Shown here: positions 1 to 12,800 of the stretch, in pieces
How the letters are laid out: every line of letters starts with the position of its first letter
Position numbering within the stretch: the stretch's first letter is position 1
DNA from: Centroscyllium fabricii
Lineage: Eukaryota
DNA length: 64,000 nucleotides
Assembly: GCA_051313645.2 (NCBI GenBank)
Contig: JBNRSN020000028.1
Coordinates: 46,128,001 to 46,192,000, forward strand
Reading direction: 5' to 3'
Program-made: the position numbers and the translations under genes
The notes under the pieces: model-generated
What the model was told of the DNA's origin: nothing
Database searches by the model: none
The model's input: only the letters and a program-made list of their open reading frames with translations

Positions 1-124
1 CAAACCACACACATTTTCAGATGTCTGTCTGTATTAATGATTTTTTTTTAATACGCTGATGCTTTCCTTCATATGTTGAAGAGACAATTCTATACATGAC
101 ATCTCACAATAGTCATTAGAAACA

Positions 125-375
125 TACAGATTGCGCAGTTAAGTGGCAAGTGAAGTTTGACATCGATGAATGTGAGGTGATGCACTTTGTTCGGAAAATA
201 GAAGTATCACGAGGGTAGTGCGATTGATGTTGTGTATGTGGATTTTCAAAAGGTGTCAGACAAAAACCACGTGACATAACTGGTTAAAGGATTTTAGCCC
301 TTGGGATTAATGGAACAGGCAACATGGATACCAAATTGGCTAAGGGTCCGAAAGCAGAGAGTAGTGGGGAAGGGT
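125..375 (+). mobile_element. Old CR1 LINE RT fragment (resumes at ~6161)
   Basis: Decayed 'DVVYVDFQK' RT coding and 'aagcagagagtagtgg'; CR1 sequence resumes at 6161 (gactggagt...gtggtgttccc). Confidence 0.7.
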
Positions 376-771
376 TAGAATGATAGAGTAATAGTGTTAT
401 ACAGCAAAGAAAGAGGCCCGTCGGCCCGTCGTGCCCACGCCGGACATCAATCACTGTCCATTCAAATCCCATGTTCCAGTACTTGGTCAGTAGCCGTGTA
501 TGCTATGGCGGTTCAAGTGCTCATCTAAATGCTTCTTGAATATTGTACGGTGTCCTGCCTCTATCTCGATTTCTGACATTGACTTCCAGATTACAATAGC
601 CCTGTGTTTGAAAACGTTTTCCCTCAAAACCTCTCTACACCTTCTGCCCATTACTTTGAGACTATGACCCCTGGTTATTGACAGCTCTAGTAACGGGAAC
701 ATAACTTTTCTATCCACCCTATCTCAGCCCCACATAATTTTGTGCCCCTCAATCAGGTGACCCAATCAGGT

Positions 772-1023
772 GTCCAAAGATGTGCGGGTTAGGTTGACTG
801 GCCATGATAAATTGACCCTTAGTGTTAGGGGGATTGAATGTGTTGGGGTACGGGGATAGGGTGGGATATGTGTCAGTGCAGGCTCGATAGGGATGTGGGG
901 ACAAGGCAGGAACAGGGTGCTGGGTTTGGATGATCAGCCTTGATCTCGTTGAATGGCGGAGCAGGCACGAAGGGCCGAATGGCCCACTCCTGCTCCTATC
1001 TTCTATGTTTCTATGTTTCTATG
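772..1023 (+). mobile_element. 5'-truncated HE1-like SINE with CR1-type tail
   Basis: Matches the 3' part of the copies at 11720-12128 and 57226-57628; ends in gaatggcggagcagg...(tttctatg)n. Confidence 0.85.
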
Positions 1024-1151
1024 ACCCTCAGCCTTCTCTGCGCAAAGGAATACAACCCCAGCCTGACGAGTCTCTCTTCATAGCTCAAGCGCTCCTGCCA
1101 ATGTGACATGCTGGTGAATCACCTCTGCACGCTCTCCAATGCAATCACATC

Positions 1152-4100
1152 ACGTCTGCGTTGGGCTTCGGCCGCCATTTTGTGTGGGGTTGGGGCTGGC
1201 CGCCATTTTGTGTGGGGTTGGGGCCGGCCGCCATTTTGTGGCTCGGCCGCCATTTTATGAACCATTGAACAAAAAAGGAAGGGGAAGGGGAGGGCAGGGT
1301 CGTGTCCAACAGGGGTCGTTTCCCTCAGCAACAGGTACTCCGCCCTGGATAATAACGAGGGGCGAGACCTAACAGGGGGAGACCGAGGGGACGGGAACCC
1401 AGATACAAGGCCGGACGAGGTGGTGCAGAAGGGAGGGGGGGTAAGGCAGACAGCCATAGTTATGGGGGACTCAATGGTGAGGGGGATGGAGAGAAGGTTT
1501 TGCGGGAGTAGAAGGGACTCGAGGATGGTACGTTGCTTCCCGGGTGGCAGGGTCCGCGACGTCTCGGACCATGCCTACAGCACCCTAAAAGGGGAGAGTA
1601 ATCAAGTGCAGGTCGTGGTACACATAGGTACGAACGACATAGACAATGGACGAAGACATTAAACAAGAGTTTAGGGAACTAGGGAGGAAACTGAGGGACA
1701 GAACAAAAATGCCACAATTTCTGGGATCCTACCGGTGCCAAGGGATAGGGAGTGGGAAAACGAACAGAGAATACAACTAAACGCGTGGCTACAGGGTTGG
1801 TGCAGAAGGGTAGGCATACATTTTGTAGACAATTGGGGCTCTTTCTGGGGAAGGTGGGACCTGTATAAGAGAGATGGCTTGCACCTGAACCAAAGGGGCA
1901 CCAACATTCTGGGTGGAAAACTCGCTTCAGCTATTCAGGGGGATTTAAACTAATTAGCCAGGGGGATGGGGAAACGGGCAGAGATGCAGAAGGGAGCCTA
2001 GAGAACAAGGAGCAACAGGGGGGAGAATCAAGGGCGCAGGGTAGTGCCAGTGGACTGAAGTGCGCCTACTTCAATGCAAGAAGCATAAGAAACAAGGTAG
2101 GAGAGCGAGGGGCATGGACTGCGACATGGGACTACGATGTGGTGGCCATTACAGAGACATGGTTGGAACAGGGACAGGATTGGATGTTGGGGGTTCAGGG
2201 CTACAGAAGCTTCTGCAAAAGTAGGGAAGAAGGAAAACGCGGGGTGGGGGGAGTGGCACTGCTGGTCAACGACAGGGTGACAGCTGCAGTAAAGCTTTTG
2301 GAGGGGGACACACAAACAGAGGTAGTATGGGCGGAGGTTAGGAATAGGAAAGGGGCGGTCACGTTATTGGGAGTCTTTTATAGACCACCAAATAGTAACA
2401 GGGAGGTGGAGGAGGAAATTGCGAGCCAAATAATGGATAGATGTGGGGGACATAGAGTGGTTATCATGGGGGACTTCAACTTCCCGAATATAGACTGGAG
2501 TCCATATAAGTCAAATAGGGTAGATGGGGAAATTTTTATACAATGCGTGCAGGAATGTTTCCTGACTCAATACGTGGAGGGGCCATCAAGGGGTAAGGCA
2601 ACTTTGGACCTGGTTCTGGGAAAAGAACCGGGCCAAGTGGTTGAACTGGAGGTAGGAGAGCATTTTGGGGACAGTGCCCACGACTCTGTGACGTTCACTA
2701 TAGTGATGGAGAAGGATAGGAACAACAGGCAGGGCAAGGTATACAGTTGGGGGAGGGGACATTACGACAGGGTTAGGCAGGACTTAGGAAACCTCGATTG
2801 GGAACGGGAACTTGCTGGGAGGGGAACGGATGTAAAATGGAGAGTGTTCAGGGATAAAATTCAGAGAGCCCTGGATAAGCATGTCCCGAGCAGGAAGGGA
2901 AACAAGGGAAAGATGAGAGAACCGTGATGCACAAAAGAGGTAGAGCGGTTAGTGAGAAAGAAGAAGGAGGCATACATTAGAAGGATAAAACAGGGTACAG
3001 CACGAGCGGACGAGAAGTACAGGGAAACAAGGAAGGAACTAAAAAATGGGCTAAGGGAGGCGAAGGGAGGGCATGAGAAAGCTTTAGCGGGAAGAATAAA
3101 AGAGAACCCAAAGGCTTTCCATGCATACGTCAGAAACAAGAGAATGACTAGGGTAAGAGTAGGGCCGATCAAGGACGGTAATGGAAAGATGTGCATGGAG
3201 GCAGAGGATATTGGGGTAGCATTAAAGGAGTATTTTGCGTCCGTGTTCACAAGGGAGAGGGGACAAGGAGTAGGGGAGAAGAGTAGGATACAAGTAGAAG
3301 GGATGGGTTAGTGAAGATTCAGAGGAAAGAGGTACTACATATATTGGAGAGAATGAAGGTAGATAAATCACCTGGGCCGAATGGGATATATCCAAGGATT
3401 CTGTGGGAAGCAAGGACCGAAATAGCAGAACCCCTGGCCTCAATCTTTAGATCTTCACTATCCTCGGGGATAGCGCCAGAGGACTGGAGAGATGCGAATG
3501 TGGTACCCATATTCAAAAAGGGGAGCAAGGGTGAGCCAGGGATCTATAGACCAGTCAGCCTTACCTCGGGGGTCGGGAAGGTGATGGAAAGGGTCCTGAG
3601 GGACAGGATGTACAACCATCTAGAAAGGGGCAAAGTAATCAGGAACAGTCAGCACGGATTCGTAAAGGGCAAATCGTGCCTGACCAACCTGATTTAATTC
3701 TTTGAGGAGGTGACCAAGTGTGTGGATGAGGGAAAGACGGTTGATGTCATTTATATGGACTTCAGCAAGGCGTTCGACAAGGTCCCACACGATCGACTCA
3801 TGAAGAAAGTAAGGAGCTGCGAGGAAAACAAAGAATTAGCTGAATGGATAGAGAACTGGCTAGCTCAGAGAAAGCAGAGTGTAGTGGTGGATGGCCAATA
3901 CACAGATTGGAGACCAGTCAACAGTGGGGTGCCACAGGGATCGGTGCTGGGGCCACTACTATTCGTAATCTTCATCAATGACTTGGAGGAGGGGACGGGG
4001 GGGGGGTCAGCAAATTTGCAGATGATACAAAGATTGGGGGAGTAGTGACCGAGGAGGAGGGAAGTAATGGGCTCCAGAGGGATATAGATAGGATGCAGAG

Positions 4101-4910
4101 GTGGGCCAAAGAATGGCAAATGGAGTTCAACACTGGGAAATGCGAGGCGATGCACTTCGGAAGGACAAATAGGAAGAGGGAGTATAGGGTCAACGGCAGG
4201 GGCCTGAGGGAAGCAGATGAGCAAAGGGATCTTGGAGTATATGTGCACAGGTCATTGAAGGCTGCCACGCAGGTAGACAAGGCAGTAAAAAAGGCCTATA
4301 GTTCATTGGCGTTCATCAACAGGGGATTGGCGTTTAGGAACCGGGAGGTTATGCTGCAGCTGTACAGGTCATTGGTGAGACCGCACCTGGAGTACTGTGT
4401 ACAGTTCTGGGCACCATACTATAGGAAATAGGTGGAGCCTTTAGAAAGAGTGCAGAGGAGATTCACCAGAATGCTGCCTGGACTGGGGGGTAAGTCGTAT
4501 GAGGAGAGGTTGAGGGTACTGGGACTCTTCTCCCAAGAGCGGAGAAGGACGAGGGGGGACTTAATAGAGGTATTTAAGATGATGAAGGAGATCGATAGAG
4601 TGGACGTGCAGAGGCTGTTTCCTCTGGTAGGAAAGACAGTAACAAGAGGGCACACGTACATGATTCAGGGAGGAAGATTCAGAAGGGATGGTAGGGGAAA
4701 GTTCTTTACACAGAGAGTGGTCAGGGCGTGGAATAGGCTGCCATCCAAAATAGTGGAAGCGGACAGCCTGGGAGCTTTTAAGAGGATGATAGATAGATAG
4801 ATACATGGAGCGGAATGAAGAGATGGGGGGATGCAAATAATCAGAGACGGACTAAGCACATCACTACATTGAGGGCCTAGGGCCTGTACAGTGCTGTACA
4901 AGCTATGTTT
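1152..4910 (+). mobile_element. Relatively young, nearly complete CR1 LINE: ORF1 esterase domain plus ORF2 APE endonuclease/RT, with a few stops and frameshifts
   Basis: ORF1 SGNH motifs GDSMVRG, VHIGTND, RDGLHLN (1420-1953); endonuclease AITETWL, YRPP, MGDFNFP, LDLVL; [31 protein letters not shown]; 3' hairpin and ctatgttt tail. Confidence 0.95.
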
Positions 4911-5049
4911 TATCCTTCCAAACGTCTGGCGACCATAGATGCACAGAGTATTCCTCTGTGGCCTAACAAGAATGTTGTACAACTCCACCCTAACCACCCT
5001 CCTCCTATAGTCTATGCCTCGGCCAATGAAGGCCATGTGCCTTTTTAAA

Positions 5050-5828
5050 GGGACTGACGATAGAGATGGTGACGCGCATAGACGCAGTCGCTTTGCGTCT
5101 CCCAAGAAGATGATGTCCGCTGGTTCCCGTACTGGTTCTGAAGTGGACGGCGGGGACAGAGTGGTAGAGCACCGGGATCTGTGCGATCGGAGCACCGGGG
5201 TTGACGCACCAGAGACGTCCTATACAAAGCATCGGGGCTGGAGCGTGGCCGGGCGCCGCTAACATCGAGGCCGTCGTGGCCAGAGCCTGCGTGGCCTGGG
5301 CATCGAGCCGGAGCATCGGGGCCATCGTGGCCCGCCGTCGGGAGCATCGGAGCCTGCGTGGCCTGAACGTCGGGACCGTCGTGGCCGGAGCATCAGCGCC
5401 AGGAGCTTCGGGGCCGAGATCATCGGGACCTGCGTGGCCGGAGCTTCGGGGCCGGTAGCATCGGGCCGTCGTGGCTGGAGCTTCGGGGCCGTCATGGCCG
5501 GAGCTTCGGGGCCGGGAGCATCGTGGCCAGAGCATCAGGGAAGGGAGCTTCGGGACCGTGAGCATCGGGGCCTGCGTGGCCTGAGCGTTGAGGCCAGAAG
5601 CATGGGGCCATTGTGGCCGGAGCGTCGGGGCCGTCATGGCCGGACGCCGGGAGCATCTGGGCCTGCGTGGCCTGGTCATCGTGGCCGGAGCGTGGCGGCC
5701 ATTATGGACCAGACTGGGACTTACAGGAGAGGACATTTTAATATCTGTATTGTTCATTGGGAGATTGCATGTTTGCATTTCGTTATATTGTGGATGTTCA
5801 CTTTACAATGACAATAAATTGAATTGAA
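5050..5828 (+). mobile_element. CpG-rich non-autonomous retroposon with internal ~23-bp tandem repeats and a (TTGAA)n tail
   Basis: Interrupts the CR1 with apparent TAAA duplication; internal gagcatcggggccgtcgtggcc repeats (~5226-5700); ends caatgacaataaattgaattgaa. Confidence 0.65.
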
Positions 5829-6160
5829 TAAACATCTTATCTACCTGTCCTGCTGTTTTCGGGGATCTATGTGCACGCACAGCAAGGTCGCTCTCATCTT
5901 CTGTCCTTCCTAGGGTCCTACCATTCATTGTGTATCCCCTTGCCATGGTAGTCCTCCGAAAATGCACCCACTCACATTTTTCAGGGTTAACTTCCATTTT
6001 CCGCTGTTCTGCCCCTGTAATCAACCCATCTATATCGTCCTGCAACCTGAGGAATCCCTGCTCGTTATTTAACACTTGAACAATGTCCATGTCATCTGCG
6101 AACATACTGATCATACCGCCTACATTAATGTCTAAATCATTAACGTACACTACAAACAGC

Positions 6161-7712
6161 AAAGTAAAAGAGTTATTTGTTAGACTGGAGTGATCTATGC
6201 CGTGGTGTTCCCCATGGTTCGCTATTAGGACCCAGTGCTCTCTTTGACATATTGCAATGACCTAGAGTTGGGTATACAGGCATCAAAACTCGGCAATGTG
6301 GCACACAATGGGGAGGATAACAGCAGAATCCAGGAGGGCGTAGACTGACTGATCAACAAGAGATCATAAGAAATAGGAGCAGGTGTTGGCCATTTGCCCC
6401 TCGATCCTGCCCTACCATTCAACACGATCGTGGCTGAACTTAGGTTATAAACTCATTCATGCAACACCTTCTAACTGACCCTCATTCATGTATCTAAAGA
6501 TATCTCCTTACTCAGTTTACTGGCATATTTTGCATTAACAGAATTAAATGTAATTGTGTCGGAAAGCAAGACCCAAATGCCAAGAACATTAGGCTGGAGC
6601 TTTTCCCTTATAAACTGTTCCTCAGCCTGGAGGATGTGAGAGCTTCAGATGCGGCCCTGACATGATCCCACACTTCACTGATGGAGTTTCCTTCCGAATC
6701 CAATCCAGTTGCAGCAGAGCCCGAACTCTGATTCAATTAGGCAGACACTGGCAGATTCTATTTAACACATAAGTGAAAAATGAGAAGAGGCAGTTTGTAT
6801 AAAAGGTTTCAATTTCAACTGAGAGATCTAGGCTAGTATGTACACTAATCGTTATACTCAGCCTGACAATTTGAGAAGTATGTTACTAAAGCATTAGGAA
6901 TCCTTCTCTTTATTAATGAACAGTAGAGGACAAAAGCAAGGAAGTTATGTCAAAATTTTAAAAGCATTGATTGCGGTTCAGGTAGATTATTGTGTCCAAT
7001 TCTGGGCACCTGACTTTAGGAAAATATCAAGGCCTTGGAGCGTGTGCAGAAGCGATTGACTAGAATGCTACCAGGTGAAAACGTACTTCATTTCTGTGGA
7101 GAGAGCGGAGGAGAAGCATCCGGGAAACGACCAAATATCTCGAGTCTCTTCGCCGGGAGCAAGAGGAAGCCAGGCACAAAGAGTGGAAGGAGCGCACATC
7201 AACTCAAGCAAACCCCACCCACCCGCCCCTTCAGCCACCGCCTGTCCCAGCTGTGACAGAGACTATGGGTCATGCACTGGAATCATCAGTCACCTGAGAA
7301 CTCATTTTCAATGAGGGACGGCCTAAGAAGAAGAGACTGGTTAGAGCAGAGAATGTTAACAAGAGATTTCATTGAGATGTTTAACAGCCTAAACAGATTT
7401 AATAGAGTAATTAAGGAACCATTGTTTCCAGTGGCAGTGGGGTCGGTCACTAGAGGACACAGATTTAATGAGATTGGCAAAATAACCTGAGACAGCATGT
7501 TGTTGTGATCTGGAACGTATTGCCTGGAAGGGCGGTGGAAGCAGATTGATTAATAACTTTCAAAGGGGATTTGGAAATGATACTTGAAGTAACATCAAAT
7601 TCTGTGGAAAGAGAAGGGGAGTGGATTAATCGGACAGCTCGACCAAATACAAGGCACAGGTGCGGTTTGCTGAATGGCCTCATTCTGTGCTTTATCATTC
7701 CATGATTCTATA
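6161..7712 (+). mobile_element. Decayed CR1 RT and 3' end, interrupted by a SINE tail (~6361-6440), unassigned DNA and an RTE fragment
   Basis: ERVQKRLTRMLPG (7035), EPLFPVAVGSVTRGHRF (7272 ORF), CR1 3' hairpin/tail at ~7660-7710. Confidence 0.7.
7076..7334 (+). mobile_element. RTE-clade LINE 3' fragment
   Basis: C-terminal C2H2-like motif CPSCDRDYGSCTGIISHLRTH and 3' end gagggacggcctaagaagaaga. Confidence 0.7.
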
Positions 7713-7969
7713 ATCACCCATACCTCAGAAAATTAGAAACTGAAGGTGGCAGAAGAGCAAAGGGCTCTAGTGCTACAGGTGAACAAATAATTAAAAGCAC
7801 TATCAATGGACAGCAAAACAATTAAAATGTTAACAATAAACTGGGGTTTATTTTAAGGCGATAGAATTCAAAATAGTGAAGTTGGCAAATGGGGGGAAGT
7901 GTTGTTTCACAAGGATAGGTCCTGGGAATATTTTTGTTCACCATTTACCTAAAACAAATAGGACACAGG

Positions 7970-9030
7970 AATCAGAAGTGCAATTTCAAACTTTGTGGAT
8001 GCCACCTAAATGGCGGTTTATACATAACACAGAGGAGGATTGCGACAAAATCCAGGAAGTAGTTGAAACAAAAAAAAGATAGGAGCAGGAGTCGGCCATT
8101 TGGCCCCTCCAGCCTGTTCCGCCATTTAATGGGATCATGTCTGAACATCCAAATTCAGTACCCTGTCCCTGCTTTCTCCCCATATCCCTTGATGCCTTTA
8201 GCCTTAAGTCATTAATAAACTGGAAAAAATGGGCCTGTAATTGGCAAATGAACCCCAATATAGATAAGTGTGAGGTAGTGCATTTTAATAGGAAGTATCC
8301 GCCAGTCACGTACACCATGGAAACTAAGTTCTAAACTGGGTTGAGGGGAAGCGGGATGTGATAGTACAGTTATATCAAGCACTATATTTTGCAATACAGG
8401 TTGATAAGGCCATAGAATCAATAAAAGCACTGGGTTCATTTCTAGAGGGATAGAAATGTAAAGAATAGAAGTTAAGTTAGATTTGTTTGGAACCTTGGTT
8501 AGAGCACACTTGCTGTACTGCGAACATGGTTTCTATGTTATAAAAAGGACATAGATGGACTGGCGAAGGTGCAAACAGTATTTACTAGAATCATACCAGC
8601 CCTGAGAATCCACACCAATCAGGAAAGATTGAACAGGCTCCGACGTTTTTCATTCGGAAAACGATCATTGAGATAATGAAAGAGTTTGATAGGGTAGATT
8701 AGTGAAAGGCATTCCCACTTGCAGGAAAAACTCGAACGTGCGGTCATAAATTTACAATAATCATTAATAAACATAACAGGGACTTCACGGGAAACTTGTT
8801 TACCAAATGAGTGGTCAGAATGTGGAACTCGCTACCACAAGGAGCAGTTGATGCTAATATCATAGACACATTTAAACGGGAGCGAGATAGCACATGAGGG
8901 GGAAAGGAATAGAACGACACTTTGACTGGATTAAATGAAGGATGGTGGGGGGAGGCTCCTGTGGGGCATGGACACCAACATGGATATTTTGGGGCGAATG
9001 GTCTGTCTCTGTGCTGGGAATAGATTGTAA
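7970..9030 (+). mobile_element. Old CR1 3' part containing an inverted SINE tail (~8068-8210)
   Basis: KWACNWQM..DKCEVVHF; agaatgtggaactcgctacc; 3' gcgaatggtctgtctctgtgctg. Confidence 0.7.
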
Positions 9031-9144
9031 ATTGCATTAAACTTGTATTGGACACGGGCCAGGTCACACTGAGAGAACGGGAATCGTTATGTTCCCCATT
9101 CTATATAAAGGACATAGGATAGCTGGAAAAAGAGCAAAAATACC

Positions 9145-9508
9145 CACAACAACAACTTGCATTTATATAGCGCCTTTAAAATAGTAAAATTGCCAAAGCG
9201 ATTCACAGGGGCGTTATTGAAAAAAAAACTTGACCCTGAGCCTCATAAGGAGATATTAGGAAACACGACCAAAGGCTTCGTCCAAAAGGTAAGCTTTAAG
9301 CCGCACCTTAAAGGAGGAGGGAGATTTAGAGAAGCAGAGCGGTTTAGGGGGGATTCCTGAGCTCAGCACCCAGGCAGCTGAAAGGACAGCCGCCGATGGT
9401 GGAGCGGTTAAAATCGGTGATGTGCAAGAGACCAGAATTAGAGGAGCTCAGAGATCTCTGAAATGTTGTGGGGCTGGTGGGATTGCAGAGGTAGGGAGGG
9501 TGAGCCCA
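9145..9508 (-). mobile_element. L2/CR1-group LINE 3' end
   Basis: Minus ORF SSSNSGLLHITDFNRSTIGGCPFSCLG; tail aaggcgctatataaatgcaagttgttgttg. Confidence 0.7.
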
Positions 9509-9845
9509 TTGTGAATCAGTCAGTTTGCCCACTCAGAGTTCTTGGACAAGACACAGATAGGCAGCAGCCAGTCTGTTTGAGCAATAGATCAGATGTATTA
9601 AGCATACAGTCTAATCAGCACTTAATATTAGGCGATAGTAACGATTAGCTCGCAGCCCTTGGTTTCTGGAACCCTTCGGACACAAGCAGCGTCATTGTAG
9701 GGATATTCCTTATCTTCTCAGAAAACTCTGTGAAACTATTTTTTGAATCTCGAGGATTTATCCCATCGCTTATCAACAGTTCGGTTGCCAGTGTTCATCT
9801 ATGTTTATTTACAAAATCAACGTTTCTAATGGTCAAAGTACCATT

Positions 9846-12800
9846 TGTGATTAAACCTGTTTGTATTGATCCTGTGCTGTTTAGATTCACTTTCTATTCC
9901 CGACTAACCTGCGAGGTTCCAGGAATTGGTTCTGGGCTACGCCCACTCTGTCCTGTATATAAGGACTAACCCGTGTACCCGCCTCCATTCTTTGAGAGAC
10001 ATTCTACCGGTTGTAATACTACTGTAATTCCAAGTTATTAAAAGCCTTTCCTTTTACACCTACGAATCGAGTCATATATTAATTGAAGTCACTTCAATTG
10101 AAATAATTGATGTATTAGGATAGACTATCGTCTACTCAAACCCGACCGCCTGGATTTGGCCCCGATAGCCGCTGACGCTTCTAAGCATTTCGGCCACTAG
10201 CTCAGGTGCTTCGAGCTGTACGCAGTGGCCTCTGCCGCCACCGCAGCGCAGAAGCTGCTGACCACTCGGGTGAGCCACCAGGTATACTCGCTCATCCAGA
10301 ACGCCACAGACTATGCCGTGGCCATCGCCATACTGAAGGCACAATATCAGAGGCCGGTGAACGAGGTCTATCCAGATACCGACTGCCTACTCGCAGACAA
10401 TGGCCTGAGGAATCCGACGACGACTACCTCCAGGTACCGAGAAACCTGTCCATGGACTGCAATTTCAAAAGTGTAGAGTTGACTGTGTACGTGGACGAGA
10501 TGATCAGAGACTCTTTTATTGCCGGGCTAAGATCAAATTGCATTCGGCAGAGGCTACTGGAGCAGGAGGTATTGGACGCACACAAAATGGTGGCTACGAT
10601 GCAATCGCTGGACGTGGCCCAGAAGAACTCAGACTCTTTCATACTCCTGGAGCCATGCAGCCCTCACGGCCTCATGCGCGACGAACGAGCCGCCATGTTG
10701 TAATCGGCCATCTTTGCCACCCCGGCCCCAGGCCTGCTCCACAACGCCAGAGTCCCCTTACATGAATCAACCTCGGAGCCCCACCACTGCTGCGATGTCT
10801 CGGGCGCTAAATGCTACTTCTGCGGACAGCTCAAGCATCCCCGGCAGCGATGTCCCATGAAGAGCACCATTTGTTTCAAGTGCCAGAAGAAAGGGCACTA
10901 TGGGAAGGTCTGCAGAGAGAACCCTTCCCCGGACTCGGTTGCAGCCTCGTGCGACCACTGCGAGCAGCCATCTTGGTGCCGCCTTCTTGCCCGGACCAGG
11001 GCCCTACTGTGGCTTCGACCGCCCGAATCACCGTGGACCAGTTGACACCTCACCCACTGACGAAATCAATGATGGACATAAGAGGAAATGGCAAGGTAAC
11101 AAAATGTCCAATCAACTGTGGGTGTTCAGAGAGCTTTATACACCCAAGCCTGGTACGGTGCTATTCGCTGACGTTAACACCCACCCGGAGCAAAATCACG
11201 ATGGTGGCCAAGTCCCACACTTTGGACATTACAGGCTACTGTGTGGTTACGCTGATGGTTAAGGGGACGGACTATGAGTACTTTAAACTCCTCGTAATGC
11301 CAGAGTTCTGTGTGGACGTAATACTTGGCCTGGATTTCCAGTGCCATCACCAGAGCGTTACACTAACGTATGGCGGGTCCCAGCCGCCGCTAACGGTCTG
11401 CGGCCTCTCAACCCTAAAAATCAGCCCGCCCTCCCATTTAGCGAACGGTACCCCAAACTGTCGGCCGATTGCGTCAAAAAGCAGGTGGTACAGCCAAGAG
11501 GATAGAGAGTTTATTAAGGCTGCGGTATATAGGCACCTGGGGGAGGGCATTGTAAAAAAAGCAGCAGCCCTTGGCGGGCATAGGTAGTCGATGTCAGGAA
11601 TGGTGAAAAGAAACGGCTAGTGGTTGAATACAGCCAGATAGTCAACCTCTATACCCAGCTAGACACCTACCCATTACCCCATATATCAGAGATGGTCAAC
11701 CTCCAAACCGACCAACGGTCATAGAAACATAGAAACATAGAAGATAGGAGCAGGGGTAGGCCATTCGGCCCTTCGAGCTTGCTCCGCCATTCAGTGAGAT
11801 TATGGCTGATCATACAAACCCAGTACCCTGTCCCTGCCTTGTCCCCATATCCCTCGATCCGTATTGAGCCTACACCAACACATATACCACCCTACCCCCG
11901 TAACCCCACATATTCAATCTCTAACACTAAGGGTCAATTTATCCTGGCCTATCAACCTAACCCGCACATTTTTGGACTATGGGAGGAAACGGGAGCACCC
12001 GGAGGAAACCCACGCAGACACGGGGAGACTGTGCAAACTCCACACAGATAGTACCCGAGGCCGGATTTGAACACGGGTCTATAGTGATGTAAGGCTACAG
12101 TGCTAACCACTATGCCACCGTGCCGCCCTCAGTGGCCTTCATGTTTAATAACAAACAACGATGGAAAATAAAAAAATATAAAATACTCAGATGAATGATC
12201 GAGCTGTCCACCTTTAACTACGATATTGTGTACCGCCCGGGGTCCCTCAAAGAAACCCCAGACGCGCTATCACGGGGAACGTGCGCCACTGCCCACGTTA
12301 GCAGGCTCCGGGGGATCCACGACGATCTCTGCCACCCCGGGGTCACACAAATATACCACTTTATCAAATCATGCAACCTGCCCCACTCCATCGAGTATGT
12401 GAGGGAAGTAACTAAAAGCTGCCACATCTGTGCGGAGTGCAAGCCCCGTTTTTACAGGCCCGTCTGCACCTACCTTATTAAACCCACTCGGCCTTTTGAG
12501 CGCCTGAGCCTGGACTTCACGGGTCCCTCCTCTCCACTGACCGAAACATGTACTTCCCAACATAATTGATGTGTACTCGCATTCCCCTTTCATCATACCC
12601 TGCCCGGACATGACCAGTGCTACCATCATCAGGAGCCTAAACATCGTCTTCTGTATGTTCGGCATGCTAACCTACATCCACAACGATAGAGGGGTGAATG
12701 TGATGAAATCTGTTTGTATTGATCCTGTGCTGTTTAGTTTCACTTTCTATTCATTTCTAACCTGGGAGGTTCCGGGAATTGGTTCTGGGCTACGCCCACT

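Larger units (their letters stand above)
376..6160 (-). mobile_element. CR1 LINE 3' half, split by three younger insertions (pieces ~376-771, 1024-1151, 4911-5049, 5829-6160)
   Basis: Minus ORFs 487..717 (MFPL..TRGHSLK) and 5803..6162 (LFVVYVNDLD..MFADD..KCE) are CR1 ORF2; pieces rejoin collinearly once the inserts are removed. Confidence 0.85.

Noticed and set aside
5005-5811. Long Pro/Arg/Ala-rich ORFs on both strands
   Set aside because: Stop-poor GC-rich tandem repeat inside a retroposon
6600-6665. Ig V-like peptide LSLEDVRASDAAL
   Set aside because: Lacks YxC, upstream Cys/Trp and splice or RSS signals; likely chance
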